This document shows, piece by piece, positions 1 through 13,740 of a stretch of 64,000 nt of DNA (positions are counted from its first letter, which is position 1; each line of letters opens with the position of its first letter). The translations under genes and the position numbers were made by a program. The DNA is taken from the NCBI RefSeq assembly GCF_006345805.1, contig NC_043006.1, forward strand, positions 26,908,001-26,972,000, given 5' to 3'. Source of the DNA: Octopus sinensis. Lineage: Eukaryota. Under the pieces are notes generated by a model that saw only the letters and a list, made by a program, of their open reading frames with translations, made no database searches and was not told where the DNA came from.

Positions 1-1060
1 AGATCTTTCGTCTATAAAGTTTGTAAGGAGCTAGAGACTGAAGATGGAAACATATCACCAGTATCAAAGCATAAAAAGCATTCTAAATGCTCTGAAATCA
101 TCAGAACCCTTGAATTTATCCAGCAAGTTCAACAGACCATTGATTACAATCTCAGAAAGTCCATGAGGTGAATTGCAAAAGATCTCCATGTGTTAGAAGG
201 AACAGTGAAAAATGTTGTCCACAAAGACATCAGATGTCCACAAAGACATTGAGGTCTTATATGATGAGGTATGGTCAATTTGTCAGAAAAAGCAAAAGAA
301 AATCACTACATCAGATCTAAATGGTTCTTAAACAAACTGAAAAATCCAGCAGAAGAAGATTTGATTTGGTTTTTCTCAAACAAGAAAAACTTCAACAAAG
401 ATCAAAAAGTTAACAGAAGAAATGACAGATGGTTATGTGCAAACCCTTCTGAAGTTCCAAGTGTTATGCATACAAAATTTCTTGCAACTGTCATGGCTTT
501 AAGGGTTGTCTGCAATGAAGGACATGTGATGCCTCCTTACTCCTTTCCACAAGGCCTTAGAGTTAACTGCCACCTACATTGAGGTCCTGGAAATAATTAT
601 GAAGCTCTGGATAGACAATATATGCAATGGAAGGCCATACGTGTTTCAGTAAGACTCTGCACTATCACACATGGCTTTAGTAACACAGGAATGGATGGCT
701 GAAAATTTTCATGATCACATAACCCCTAATATTTGACCTCCTAATTCCCCAGATTGCAATCCATTGGACTATTACATGTGGAGCATTGTTGAGAGAGAAG
801 TCAATGAACATGCCCATAATACCAAAGATTCTTTGAAAGCTGCCATAGTCAGAGTAATGTCCAAAATGAATCAGGACCACTTGATTCAAGCATTTAGGTA
901 ATTTAGATCTCATATAGAAGCAGTTGTTGAAGCTGAAAGTGGCTTTATTATCGAAAAGAAGGCTTATTTTTATCCTCATAGCATTTTTTGATAAATAAAG
1001 ATATTATATATCTGTTTTTTTATAAACATAAATCTGTCCTCAAATACCTTACGCACCCTG
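1..1060 (+). mobile_element. Degenerate maT (DD37D) Tc1/mariner transposon, left end not identified in window
   Basis: FSNKKNF (degenerate FSDEK), FQ*DSALSH...PPNSPDCNPLDY with 37 residues between the last two D. Ends in cgcaccctg followed by TA. Confidence 0.85.
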
Positions 1061-1349
1061 TATATTCATGTATACATGCTCATATACTCACGCAGATACA
1101 CTCATATATATACCTTCATACATATACAATCACTTTACATATGTAATATATACACATACATATACATCTCTGGGCATCCCCATATATATATATATATATA
1201 TATATGCATACTTATATACATACAGCAGTCAACAAATACATGCACAGACATACATTTATTTACATATATGTATGTACTTAGGTATATACATATACATATA
1301 GGATGAGAAGAATGGCGGGGGACTGAATTATAATTATTATTTTTATACA

Positions 1350-2770
1350 TCTTGAAAATGCATACTTGGTGCAGTGGTTACACCTTGGAACTTTCTCGTC
1401 GTGTTTGTTTACTAGGTTCTTATTACTCAGCAGTATACTCAATGCTTCCTCAAGGCTAAGGTCACATTTACCAGACAGCAAATTACATAGGTGTGCATTT
1501 TTTATTATTGGCCATTTTATTTCGTATTTAATTTTTGATTCTTTCAGTCTCCATATTAGGTCTGCCAGTGAAGTTGTGTGTCATCTGTTTATTTTATCGA
1601 ATGACGAGATGTAGTGGTGATAACAGACTTTGAATTGGTTTTCCAAGGCATCTATGTATGTATATCTATGTTGGGATGTGGAGATTGTGCATTTGTATAT
1701 TATGTTTTTTGGACACATTGGTTCATGAGCGGACAAGTAGATTTTCTACAGCATATGCAGTTATTTGTACTATCATTATATTTATGTTTATCTGGTAACT
1801 TTTTGATTTTGTTTTCATGATGTTCTATTTGATTGTTAGTGTCTAAAGCATTCTGGAATTGGCTGTCTTTTTTGTTGCATCTTTTTCGATGATTCATTCT
1901 AATTTTATTACCTCCGTCTTGTACGTTATCTGAGTTATTATGGTCTATCTTTGGTTTATTTTTGTTATTGGTCTTAAATCCTGTGATGTTTTGATTTGTT
2001 TGTTCTTTGCCAGCAGACAACATCATTTGTATGTTTAAATTCCTGTTGTTTTATTTATGTATGAAGTACTCCATGTTGTAAGATATTGCATACAATATTT
2101 TCACTGTGTGTTTGTTGAATAAATAGTAGTATTTATGTGTTTCAGGGAAGTATCTATTTAATGTTGCAATGAATTGCTTACCTGTCTTGGATGATATTTG
2201 CAGTCCAAAAATTGGATTATACCATACGACCTCCAAATTTTTGTACCTTTTGTTTGGCTTCTTCTTCCTATTTTGTATGTTGTTGTGATTATGTGTGTCT
2301 GTATTCCAATTATTTCTATTCTTTTGGGTTATATCTGTTTTCTTCCTTTCAGTTTTTCTTCGTGTTTTCTCTTTTTTATTGTTACTCGTTTGTTGATGTC
2401 ATTTGTGTTTTGTGTGTATTCTACCTTATGTGCATTTGTGTTATTGTTATTTGGGTTTACGTTATTTTCAAACTTTGATTTTTCCTTTATATCTGGCCCT
2501 AACTAGTGCTTCATTGTAGTATGGTTTATATTGGTTGAATATTTCCTCTGTGGCTGATAATCTTGATATTCTGGTGGCTGTATTCTTAATTATTCCCTTA
2601 GTTATGGATGATGGGTGATTGGAATTTACATTTATGTATCTTAAGCTCTCATTCAGCTTTCGGTATGGTTCATATAGGCCACTTTCCAAATTAAAAGTCG
2701 CATCTAGAAAATTTGCCTTATGGTAATTACTGTCTATGGTTACAGAAAGGCCAAAACGTCTAAAAAACAT
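1350..2770 (-). mobile_element. Degenerate Penelope-like element (RT C-terminus, linker, GIY-YIG endonuclease)
   Basis: NFLDATFNL..YEPYRK..SNHP; WYNP..HKYYYLFNK; CICCRKSTCPLMNQC followed by IYK..YID..FK and C-terminal CDLSLEE..CNH. Confidence 0.85.
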
Positions 2771-5700
2771 ATGGAGTTCTTTTCTATATATTTCTATCTT
2801 TATTTTTGTACAGTTTTCATTAGAAAAAGAGCATTATCCTTGTACAGACTTCCCATTATCAGTGGGAATTTGGATTTGATCTGAAATAAGAGGAAGATTC
2901 CAATGATATCTGTTACTTGAGCTGAGTCACTCAATCCCATTGTTATTTTCATACACAAAAAATGCCCAAATCTAGACTTGGAAGTATATTATACTACTGG
3001 CTGTTTGGTAATTCTAAGAGTGAATGAGCTCTATTTTGTACTATGCTATGTTCTGAACAGAATATAATTTATATATATATATGTTATGTATGTGTGTGTG
3101 TATGTACATATATCTACAGGTATGTGTGTGTGTGTATATATATATATCTGTAAATGTAATATGTGACAATTATTTGGTAGCCATGATAAAACTCCAAGTT
3201 TTGGATGTCTGGCCAGAAACCCATGCTGCCAACTCTTCAATTATCCAGCCATCGGAAAAAAATGCTATGAAAATGACTGTTAAACAAAGGGAAATTATTG
3301 TTTTATCATGGCTACCGAATAATTGTCACATATTACATTTACAGATAAATTCCTCTATTTACATAATATTGAGGTCTCTTTCATTCTTTTGTTGTCTTAC
3401 CATTTCTATCAGTATGTGTGTAGAAGTTACATATATCTATCTATCTATATCATACCTATGTGTGTGTGTTTGTGTATGTATATTTATCATCATCATTTTT
3501 ATATCCACTTTTCCATACTCGCATGGAGTGAACAGAATTTGTTGAAGCAGATTTTCTACAGTCAGACACCTTTCCTCTTGCTAATCCTCATCTGTTTCCA
3601 AGCAAGGACATTTTCTTGCAGAATACTGAAAGTGAATTTCACTGATGGTATGACAATAACAATAATTTTACAACTATCATGCAATGCCAAAGCAAAGAAA
3701 CACAAGCATATTCACACACACACGACAGTCTTCTTTAAGTTTGTCTACCAAATCCACTCATAAGATTTTGGTCAGCCCATTGCTAAAGTACAAGGCGCTA
3801 CACAGTATGACTAAATTTGGAATGATGAGGTTAGGAAACAAATTTCTAATGACACACTCATGCCTGCACCTATAAATATATATGTATTTCAATTCCAGCT
3901 AATGGAACACATTCTATGAGTGAAATTTTTATGTTTATTATAGGTGTAGTGATTGGTAACTTAGGAAAAGTAGTAATGAATAAGCACCATTGTCATATGT
4001 GGAGATTTTACCAGCTCAATTTTTGTGACAGATGCTGTTTAAATGTTAAAATAGGTTACAGTGTGATGTACCAAAATCAAATGATGTACATGAAAAAATT
4101 CTCAAACAAAATTTTAGAGAAAGAAAACTAAACAAAACCATGTTATGCTGATGGGGTTCAAAACCTGTCAGCAGCTCTTCCCTAGCCTGCAAACAAAAAT
4201 CAGATTTCCTCTTAAGCATGTAAACTTATTTCATGAAATTCTTAACTTTTTCAAAAAAATTTTAACTCATGTTTGCATTCATCATTCAGTACATCACCCT
4301 TGATGTGTACCATTGGCCCTTTTAAGCTTGTTCCCTCAATTCATATTATTTTTCCTGTTTGAGTGTCAGAATCACAGAATTTGAACAATGCTCATGAATT
4401 TTTTGTTGAGAAATACTGTTAAAATTTGTTTTATTTTAAATGTTTTCTTATCTTTATAGAGAAATTACAGCAGTAGAAGTTTGTTGCCTAAGCAAAGATC
4501 AGGTAAATGAGACAAGTGGAAATTCAATCCAGGACATCAAAAACACATGTACATTAGAATGACACTAGACTGCTGTAAAACAAATAATTCCAAAAAGTAG
4601 CAGACCAAGTAAAGCAGATAATTATCAAAATGTTATTTCTTTTATTAATTTTGGTCATATTCTTTTATTATTTTCTAAATCTTAGTATTAGTAGTACATG
4701 TAGGAATTTAACATATATATATATATATATAATTTATTAGGTATATGAAATATAAATAGTTGAGCTCTTGGAGATTTTGTGATGAGGGAGTATTTAATAC
4801 TTGAGATAACAGAAATGGCTGTGCCAGACTAAAAATGCTTTACTGTAGTTTTTATCCCTCTATTCAATTCTCAATTTTATTTTACTATTTTTGAAAAAGG
4901 TATGAACATGCTAATCTAATTCTATAGTCACTATCAAACTGCAAACTTAGACTGTCCCGTTGATATTACAATATTACATCCACAGTATAACCAAAAGAGT
5001 AGAATTCTCACTATAAGCACTGCTTATCTAGGAGGAATACTACATGCCAAAAATGAGTATGCTCTAATTTCCTCTTATATGAAACAAATGCAACTATTGC
5101 TAATACTCTCTTTTTCAACTAAGTTAATTCTTCCTTTTTGGACAGCCTTTCTCATTATCTCTATATTGTTGTGTTAATTAGATGTTTTGTGATCAGCCCC
5201 AGTCACCATTCTTCAGATTTATGAGGCTCATACTTTACTATTATATAACACTGGGCTGCATTTTAAAGTAGAAACTTTTTGCTTTTGCCATGAAAGGCAT
5301 CTATCTTATCTAATTTGGGGTTGTTGATTTCAAACTGTTAAATGTTAGCAATAAAAAAGTACATGTATTAGAAGTTATAATTATCTTGTGCTAGTACAGT
5401 CATTTTAGCTGTTTTATGGGAAGAATATAATCCCTTTTGGCAACATTGAGGTACATATTTTAGGCTAATATGTATAAAAATTAGATACTTTATAAAATGT
5501 TGCACTATCCACCCATGAAATCTGTCAATAAAATACATCAGTATCACTGAAATAACACAATAATAAATAGTGCTACATTCTCCAAAGAAATGCATTTTCC
5601 AGTCAACAAATTTCATCCATTTCGTGTTGAGTTTATATCTGATGATGTAGAGTTAGTATGAAAACAAAGCTAGTTTGTTTAAAGCAGCAGCTTTCTTTTC

Positions 5701-5949
5701 TTGGATTCTTAGACATAGTCACTTCTATTATGTTTCCTTATTAGGCATCTACAATAGTTTGCCATCATGTTCAAATTCCACCACCACTGGTATCTTTCTG
5801 TGTCTTAGTGAAATGCAAAGAGTGTTTCCACCAACAGCTCCTTAACTGGCAGTTTAAATAGCTGTTGAGGAAATGCACTTTGATATTCAAACTACATCCT
5901 CACTTCTGGAAAAGAAAAAGGAACTAATTCACCTGATATTCATAGATTT

Positions 5950-6740
5950 TGTATCTTTTGTTGCACAAAGGGTCATCCACATCTGTTGATGTTATCTAGG
6001 AATTTTTTCTCAATAGGTTTAAGTAAACTTGTAAATAGCTCATCTTTGATCAATACTTTATATTAGACCTGTCTAAGATACTTGCTTTCAATTTCTTTCA
6101 ACTTAAAGTAGGAAATTCTCCATGTAAATATTTGGAAAAAGAAATCTAAACTTTATCAAATTGTTTCGTGAAACCCAGCAAGATGTTTTCCAGCTTTAAA
6201 AAATCTTTTTTCCCAACCATTCCTTTCTTACACAGTGATCTTGAGTTTGTCTCATAAACACAAACAACAAAGAAATTTAGTGTAATTGCTTTTCAATTGA
6301 GCAGCTTGTAAACCACTTTCAGATTTCTACATGTTTTTTAAACAATTTGCACACGCAAGTGCTACCATCAAGAACTCCGCATGCCATTTTGGAGCTTGCC
6401 TCTTGACAGCATCACTGCGCACCTCACTAATATGAGGTCCTACTTACTAGATCAACTGGTTATTAAATACAGCTCAATGTTCCTCTAGCCATCGCTCATC
6501 GTCTCTTTTTAACCAAATCCAGTGACTAGCCTTCTCCACTGTAGTTTGGATATCGGTCATGGTGGTATTTACTTTACGATGAGTTAGGCCTAACGATAAC
6601 AGGTATTTGAAGTATTTGAGCTTTTTCAATACAACTTTCATGGTTTCATAACTTCCTTTTAATTGTATTGAGTGACAAGCTGGTACAGAATTAAATACAT
6701 TTCCATTGCTCCACAAAACACATTAAACTGGCCTTTGAGC
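5950..6740 (-). mobile_element. Chapaev3-type transposase remnant
   Basis: NGNVFNSVPACHSIQLKGSYETMKVVL and YLHGEFPTLS*KKLKASI resemble the fuller copy at 7751-9801. Confidence 0.6.
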
Positions 6741-7750
6741 TGTCAATGAAAAGTTACTAGTTGCTTGATTCATATTACCATCACATTTAACAAACCATTA
6801 ATATCATTACAATAAATAATGTCATCTTCCATACTAGAGAACTGCAACAGATTTTTTTTCTCTATGTTAACAAAAACTTCAGCATGGATCCCAATAATTC
6901 TGCTGAAGTCTTTAAATTATGTCCTAACTTAATTCGAGTAACTATGTTTCAGCAGATTACATGCAACACTCAAATTGATGACATCTAACTTATAGCAAGA
7001 ACAGGTACTCTGACATAATAAAGTACAATTCTAATGGCAAGTTTGAGTAATCTGTCTACAAATTAGTCCTGAGGTTATGTCCAGAAATATCAACCATACA
7101 AAAATAGCAATCTTCATGATGATTTGTCAGTTCTAGTCCAGTCCATTAGCACACTGAAGTTCATTCTTTTAAACTTTTACCTTTGGTCCATTGCCTCAGA
7201 TGTATGAAGCAAACTGACAAAGTGAGAAGCCTTGGTTTGTTTTGACTACTCAATTTCACTCAAAAATACATGAATACAATATAAAATTTAATTTTCAATA
7301 GGTCTAAGTATTAGAAGATCCAAGCAGAAGTAAATAAGGAAACGTGTCTTGAATTGAGTTAGCCAACGTGGGAAAACTAAGAAACCAACATTTAGAACTG
7401 TTCTACTCCTGCAACTGTTCAAAGTTTACAGGTTATTCTTTTCAAGGGGTTTACGACCATTCTCAGCAGTTATGAGTTGAAACTTTCTCTTTCAAAAAGC
7501 TTTGTCAGATACTCTTTGTTTTAGGGAGTTAATCTGGAAAACATTTTCTTGAACTACTCTGTATTATATGCTTTATAGTTGATGTAACTATTTGTCTTTA
7601 TTACCTAGCAATTGTTCTTTGATTCTTTCATTGTAATATAGCAACTAAACAGTTGTAGCATATAGGCTTTGTAAGATATTACTTGAATTTTAAATGAATA
7701 GAATGGGTTGAAATGAATTAATACCAACTAATTTTTTTAAATGCCAATAA

Positions 7751-9801
7751 CACTGGTCAACACATTTTTTGCTGACTTCAGTTTTATGATTGTTTTTAGT
7801 TAATTTTGAGATGCTGATTCCAAATATGGTACCCATTTTCCCACCTAACACATCAGGCTTGCATTCTATAGCATACCTCTATTTTTTGATGTACTGTATA
7901 AATTATTTACTTGGGTCAGGATAGTTTACTAAGTCTTATAGCTTCAAACCATAAGTTATAAATGGGAAATGGAAGATAGCATCACCTTTTACAAAATACT
8001 TTGTTAATTTTCTAATATGATGGATAAAGCACAAACCATCATACATATATCTTCATATTCATGGAACAAATTTTCACTTGGAGTATTTCATGTCTACATA
8101 GTCTCTTTGAATACTCCAACAGTAGTCTGCTGTCACATGTGTGTTCCATTGGCCTTGATATCTCTCCGCTTGATGAAAACGCTCACCATGCTCATCACTC
8201 GTGTCTCCAAGATTAGCAGGAAATCCACTGAGATGGCTATTGAGGAAATGAAGCTTTATGCTCATGTTGCAGCCTGAAAGATGAATCCTTGTAGTTTTCA
8301 ACCTTTTCACTGCCCTCAAAATCCTTTCCCAACAGTCACAAATGAATCCCATGTTCTTTTTTTCTATGTCAGCCATCAAGCTTGCAAAATTCTGGCATTT
8401 TGTTAACTTTCTGATCTGTGGCCCATCAAAAACACCAGCAAATGTACATATGAATTTGAAACAGTTACCTTCCACATTAAGAGCTTTGACAAATTATTTC
8501 ATTAGTTCTAGTTTAATATGAAGGGGTGAAAAGATGATTTTCTTTTGTTCAACAAATGGTTGGTGTATGATATTCTTTTCCCCAACAATCAAACTTCCTA
8601 ACTGGCCAGAGTTTATATTCCCAATGTTTGTCTCTCACTTGGCTATCTCATAAACACAGGAAACACAGATATTTTGTATACCCTCCGTGTTGACCAAGTA
8701 AAAAGTTGACCATTTTAAGATCCACACGTGACCCATTTGTGTTCATCATACTTAAGTAAATTTAATACATCTTTTATGTGATCATAATTCTCTTTTAAGT
8801 GTAAAGAGTGACCAATAGGAAGTGGACCAAACAAGTTTCCATATAGAGTAATACACATTTTAGAGTTCATTGAACTATCTATAAAAAGCCTCCATTCACT
8901 AGGATCATATGGTTCAACACCCAACACATTTAACAGTCCTTCCACGTCACAACAGTAAACAAAATTGTTTCCAATTGTAAAGAATATCAAGAGAACCTTT
9001 TCCTTGTTCTGATAAAAAGTCACGTTTTTTTTCTTTCTGCAACAAATTCTTCTCTTTAAACCTAGAAGCTAACAGTTCTGATAACCCTTTTGACACTCCT
9101 AGATCTAACTAAATGATTAAGTTCTGCCTGGTTGAAGTTTCCATGTTCCTTGGTTGAATGTTTCTACAAAGTCTGTATCACTGTCATCTTTATGATTGTC
9201 ATCTACTTCACATATATCACTTTCACTTTGCACTCAAGGCAGATCCTTGAAAGCAAGTACTGGTATTCCATTTGAGTGAAGCACTGGATGAATTGCTGAA
9301 TCCAGATTTGGGTAACTTATTTTCTGTCATGTTCTGTTGCTATAACAAGTCATTGCGAGACAAAAGTAGCAATTGTTTACATGGTTCTTTGGCTCCCACC
9401 ATATCATAGGAATGTCAAATGTTAGTTGTTTCCTTGTGCCTTTTGTCCATGGGTGTACATTTTCGACATATGGTTTACATACATTGTGTGGGTCCACAAT
9501 TTATCCTGATCACCAACTTTAATCTTTAAGCCAAGTAGGATCTTCTCACCATGTCATTGACATTCATCCTTTGACTTGGTACTGTAAAACACCCACATAT
9601 GTAACAAAAAGAGTCAGGGGAATTCAAACATTTCAAAAATGAAGCTACAGATGGGGCCAATATGGGCCAGCCCGTAGAAAAAAAAAACTAGACATGATAC
9701 AAAAAAACTATTGCCATTTTAAAACTCAGTGAGCCCAAATTACTCCAAAACCAGCTCAAACTTAGGTCAGCAGATAAAATGTTAGAATTTCTTGGCCAGT
9801 G
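7751..9801 (-). mobile_element. Chapaev3 (CMC superfamily) DNA transposon, bounded by both termini but decayed
   Basis: CACTGG terminal inverted repeats and a 3-bp TAA TSD (7748-7750, 9802-9804). Motifs ICG..VGDQDK..PMIW.EP.NH..CYFC, EWRLFIDSS, GVFDGPQIRKL, SDEHGERFHQ, ADYCW. Confidence 0.85.
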
Positions 9802-10383
9802 TAATTGATAAATTCACATCTCTACTAGGGTGATGCTTATTTGGAATCAGTACCCTCAAATTAGCTTCTCCACAAACTGCTTTCACCTACAAAGAAGCAA
9901 AATTGTTACAGACCAGTGTAATCTAATCTAATTTATAATATAGTTTATTTAAACTCAACTTATATATTTCATTTATTGTCTCAGTTTAAAGGGAAAAAAA
10001 ACCTTCAGATTTAACAACTCATAATTTTTGTATCTTCTTTCTTTTAGATAGATCTAGCTTCACATGTTTAATCTTGTTAAGGCTTAATTTCTGGATATAT
10101 ACTAGATTTGTTGTCACTTTGAGAAGATCAAAGTAGACTCAACTTTGTATATGACAGTAGAGAAATTTGGTGCTTTCTTTTGATGTACTCTCAGTATGGA
10201 CACTTTTCTTTAGTTAACTGCTTAGAGGATAGCCATTGCTTGTCTGCTAGCTGTATGAACATCCAAATGTCTTAGCTCAACTTCTGCTTTATAGCTAGTA
10301 ATATTCAAAACTCCATGTAAGAGGAGGATCACCAAAATATTACTATTGTTGCAATGATTTTAAGTGCCTATAGCAGTGCTTAA

Positions 10384-10980
10384 CCCTCTAAGGCCAAGTA
10401 CAAATAGCAAGTCTTTTCGTGTGGGACAAAAAAAAAAAAAAAAAGTGGCTGTGTGGTAAGTAGCTTGCTTACCAACCACATGGTTCCGGGTTCAGCCCCA
10501 CTACATGGCACCATGGGCAAGTGTCTTCTACTATAGCCTCGGGCCGACCAAAGCCTTGTGAGTGGATTTGGTAGACTGAAACTGAAAGAAGCCTGTCGTA
10601 TATATGTATGTATATATATATATATATATGTGTGTATATGTTTGTATGTCTGTGTTTGTCCCCCCAACATTGCTTGACAACCGATGCTGGTGTGCTTACG
10701 TACCCGTAACTTAGCAGGTTGGCAAAATAGACTGATAGAATAAGTATTAGGCTTACAAAGAATAAGTCCTGGGGTCGATTTGCTCGACCAAAGGCAGTGC
10801 TCCAGCATGGCCACAGTCACATGACTGAAACGAGTAAAGAGTATGATAATCAAATAGCTTTTAACGCAAATGTGGCTTATATACTTTTCTTCACAATTCA
10901 GTAGTGTGTCAATAAGCGACACCTGTCCTCTGTGGAAGAGAGGTTGTTGTGTCAATAAGCCACGCCCAATCTTTAAAGGG
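10384..10980. mobile_element. piggyBac-type MITE with a nested SINE
   Basis: TTAA|CCCT...AGGG|TTAA termini. Confidence 0.7.
10445..10843 (+). mobile_element. tRNA-derived SINE with an internal microsatellite. Other copies near 13065-13215, 42680-42850, 47730-47870, 48961-49438 (minus) and 60135-60490
   Basis: A-box (tggctgtgtgg) and B-box (ggttcagccc) head, conserved gggcaagtgtcttctactatagcc core, many dispersed copies in this window. Confidence 0.8.
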
Positions 10981-11589
10981 TTAAGTAACCCTCACAATAG
11001 AAGGGTGGGTGTGTTGATCATGTATTCAATGAAGTTATGAAGATGGGAAAGATTACTGCTACAGGAAATCATGTAATATTAATATGCTTCCAATTTATGT
11101 TGGTTAGGAAATGTTTATTTTGATGAACTAAATGAAGTCAAGAGTATATTTCATAAAGAAGGAAAATAATTTTGTTTAATATGCTGATAAAAGACAAAGA
11201 AAAAGCTACAAGATTGTTTGGAAAATGCTGAGTTTTAAAAGGAAATATTTAAAGCATAAAATGCTGCATTACAGAAAATTAGAAATTTTCATTTACAATG
11301 CATACTAAACAGAAGCAAGATGAACACTGTTTTAAAATAATTCCCATAAAGTACATTGCTTTCTTTTAATAATTCTAGCAATAGTACATAATTTTTACAA
11401 ACGAATTAAATTTCTTTATTTACAATGAATAAAATACTTGATAAAAATAGAAAATGCAACAACTTGAGATCCTTTTAGACTCAAGTATTTCAAATGTTTT
11501 TAATCAAAAGAATAAACTGAATTTGGAGTTAACGTACAGAGGTCTTTTGTATATTTGTTTTACTTTTTTTTTTTTTTTTGACAGTTTTC

Positions 11590-11800
11590 ATCATCATCAT
11601 TATCATTTAGCGTCCGCTTTCCATGCTAGCATGGGTTGGACGGTTCAACTGGGTTCTGGGAAGCCAGAAGGCTGCACCAGGCTCCAGTCTGATCTGGCAA
11701 TGTTTCTACGGCTGGATGCCCTTCCTAACGCCAACCACTCCGTGAGTGTAGTGGGTGCTTTTTACGTGCCACTGGCACAGGTGCCAGACGGGGCTGGCAC
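11590..11800 (-). mobile_element. 3' tail of RTE LINE family (SINE-like fragment ending in (GAT)n)
   Basis: Same sequence as the 3' end of the RTE at 38974-41230. More than 10 copies in the window. Confidence 0.8.
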
Positions 11801-12417
11801 TATTCAATTTATAGCAATGCTCAAAATGAAGTAGAGAGTTATATGATCCCAGAAGTAAAAAAAGTAGCAGCAGCACTACTACTACTCCTCCTCCTCACAG
11901 AAACGATACTTTGATTGACATTGAATAAGAGAAAAAAACATGCATTTGGATAATCTTAAATACATTTGAACAGTTACCTACATTCTGTTGTGTGATCTGG
12001 TGATAGCTGGTCAAATACTTTGGTGTAACTCACATATCCAACACGTTAGATATTTCATATCCCCATCTGAATGTTATGTAGTCCAAACTCTTCTGAGATC
12101 AGAACAGTTCTGATTCAGAAGACACAATGAAAAACATTCCATGTGTAACCATTCTGTCTTTTATCAAGCAGTATATCTTGGACTTTCCTTTTAAAATCAT
12201 AACATGTAATTTGAGGCAGATATGGCAACTATTTTTAGGAGATTAAGAATTGTAATGCCTACTGCTGTATATTAAAGATGGAGTTAGTCTAGTCATATTA
12301 TGTCATATACTGCTTAATCTACTCTTATTGGTCTCCAAGATATAGTGAGAGAACCTTTATGCAGCCACAGTACTACAAGTAACAGCAGATTCAAACTGGT
12401 CCCAGAATGCTTGTTAA

Positions 12418-12626
12418 CCCTTATTTTGAGATGTTCTGTGTTTCTTTCACTTAATTTTAAATATAACAAATGATTTAGAAAAATAACTTACTTATCATTA
12501 AGCTGGTGTTACGAACATAAATTGTGACTAAGGTTTGGTGGAAGATTTTAATTCAAAACTTGTGAAAACAAGACATTTGTACTACAGAGCCAGAGGTGGT
12601 TTCAGCCAGGTTGGAATCGAAAAGGG
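12418..12626. mobile_element. piggyBac-type MITE (same family as 44432-44651, opposite orientation)
   Basis: TTAA|CCCT start and AGGG end. The body matches the reverse complement of 44432-44651. Confidence 0.75.
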
Positions 12627-12739
12627 ATAAATTGACTGATACTGGCTCCCACTCATGCACTCAGTTTAGTAAATAGAAAAATATAATTACATTTATATGT
12701 AATTAGAAACAAATGAACTCATGATCTACATAAATTATA

Positions 12740-12745
12740 TTTATT
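12740..12745 (-). terminator. Candidate poly(A) signal AATAAA for the shugoshin mRNA
   Basis: tttatt on the plus strand, about 110 nt past the stop codon. The region is AT-rich, so a chance match is possible. Confidence 0.4.
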
Positions 12746-12856
12746 TGGTAAAATGCATACACAACAGTTATTTATATAATGTTCTATAGATAAAAGAAAT
12801 GTAAAATTCTAGATATTAAAAACAGAAGATATTAAATCGGAAAACTTTCCTATCCC

Positions 12857-12915
12857 TCAGTTCACATTGGTTACGTTTTCAAGGACATTACGTTTCTTCA
12901 CTTCATCTCTGTACA
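12857..12915 (-). CDS. SGO: Shugoshin terminal coding exon 10 (VYRDEVKKRNVLENVTNVN-stop)
   Basis: Acceptor ttttcttctttttgtag, phase-1 start matches exon 9, TGA at 12857-12859, AATAAA about 110 nt downstream. Confidence 0.78.
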
Positions 12916-13228
12916 CTACAAAAAGAAGAAAATCATTGAGTCATATTAAAAATACGCTTGTTTTGCCTAGAGACAGCTCTTTATTATCCTCCACCCACCC
13001 TTTATTATGATCTTAGCATATACAATAAGAATATCAGAAAATTTATTTCTAAAGATGCAGATACAGTTTTGTAGTAAGAAGTTTGCTTTACAACCACATG
13101 GTTCCAGATTTAATCCAACTACATGACACCTTGGGTAAGTAGCTTCTACTATAGTCCCTGGCTGATCAAAGCCTCGTGAGTGGATTTGGTAGACAGAAAC
13201 TGAAAGAAACCCATTGCATATATTTGTA

Positions 13229-13740
13229 CATGAAGTGCATTAAAAAAATATGATATTTTCCCCATCAAAATTTATGCCGCATGGGCAAAATCTCTTGGGT
13301 GGGATGTGACACCACCCTTCCTGCACATGACTATTCATCAAACCTTCTCAATTGAGTCCTTGTTTCAGCTTGTATCTACAAGCCTGCTTAAGTGTGCCTC
13401 ACTCTCCAATAAGATGCAGTCATGTTTGAAGTGGTTGTACCACTTACTGATCTGAGTTTTACCCTTAGTGTCATTGCCAAAGGTTAGCTGAATCTTCTGC
13501 ATGGTTTAAGCATGAACATCAAGTCTCTGGCAAAACTCGATGCAATATCTCTGCACTGATGCATTCAATAAAAACAAAAACCTTAGAAGTGCAAACTACT
13601 TGCTAAACTCTAAGCACAACAACTGGGAATTGACACAGCCTATTTGAAGGATGGTGTCACCTCCCATTCAAAGGATTTTACCCATACAGCAGTAATTTTG
13701 GCAGGAAAAAACAAGTCAGATACTTTTTGAATGCACTCGG
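13229..13740 (-). mobile_element. Internally deleted mariner element
   Basis: Imperfect TIRs (agtgcatt.aaaaa.tat) with TA on both flanks. N-terminal HTH remnant TMQKIQLTFGNDTKGKTQISKWYNHFK. Confidence 0.7.

Noticed and set aside
4460-4502. Possible plus-strand micro-exon of a neighbouring gene (tttatag...cag|gtaaat)
   Set aside because: No partner exons or recognisable protein found, and such signals are common by chance in AT-rich DNA.
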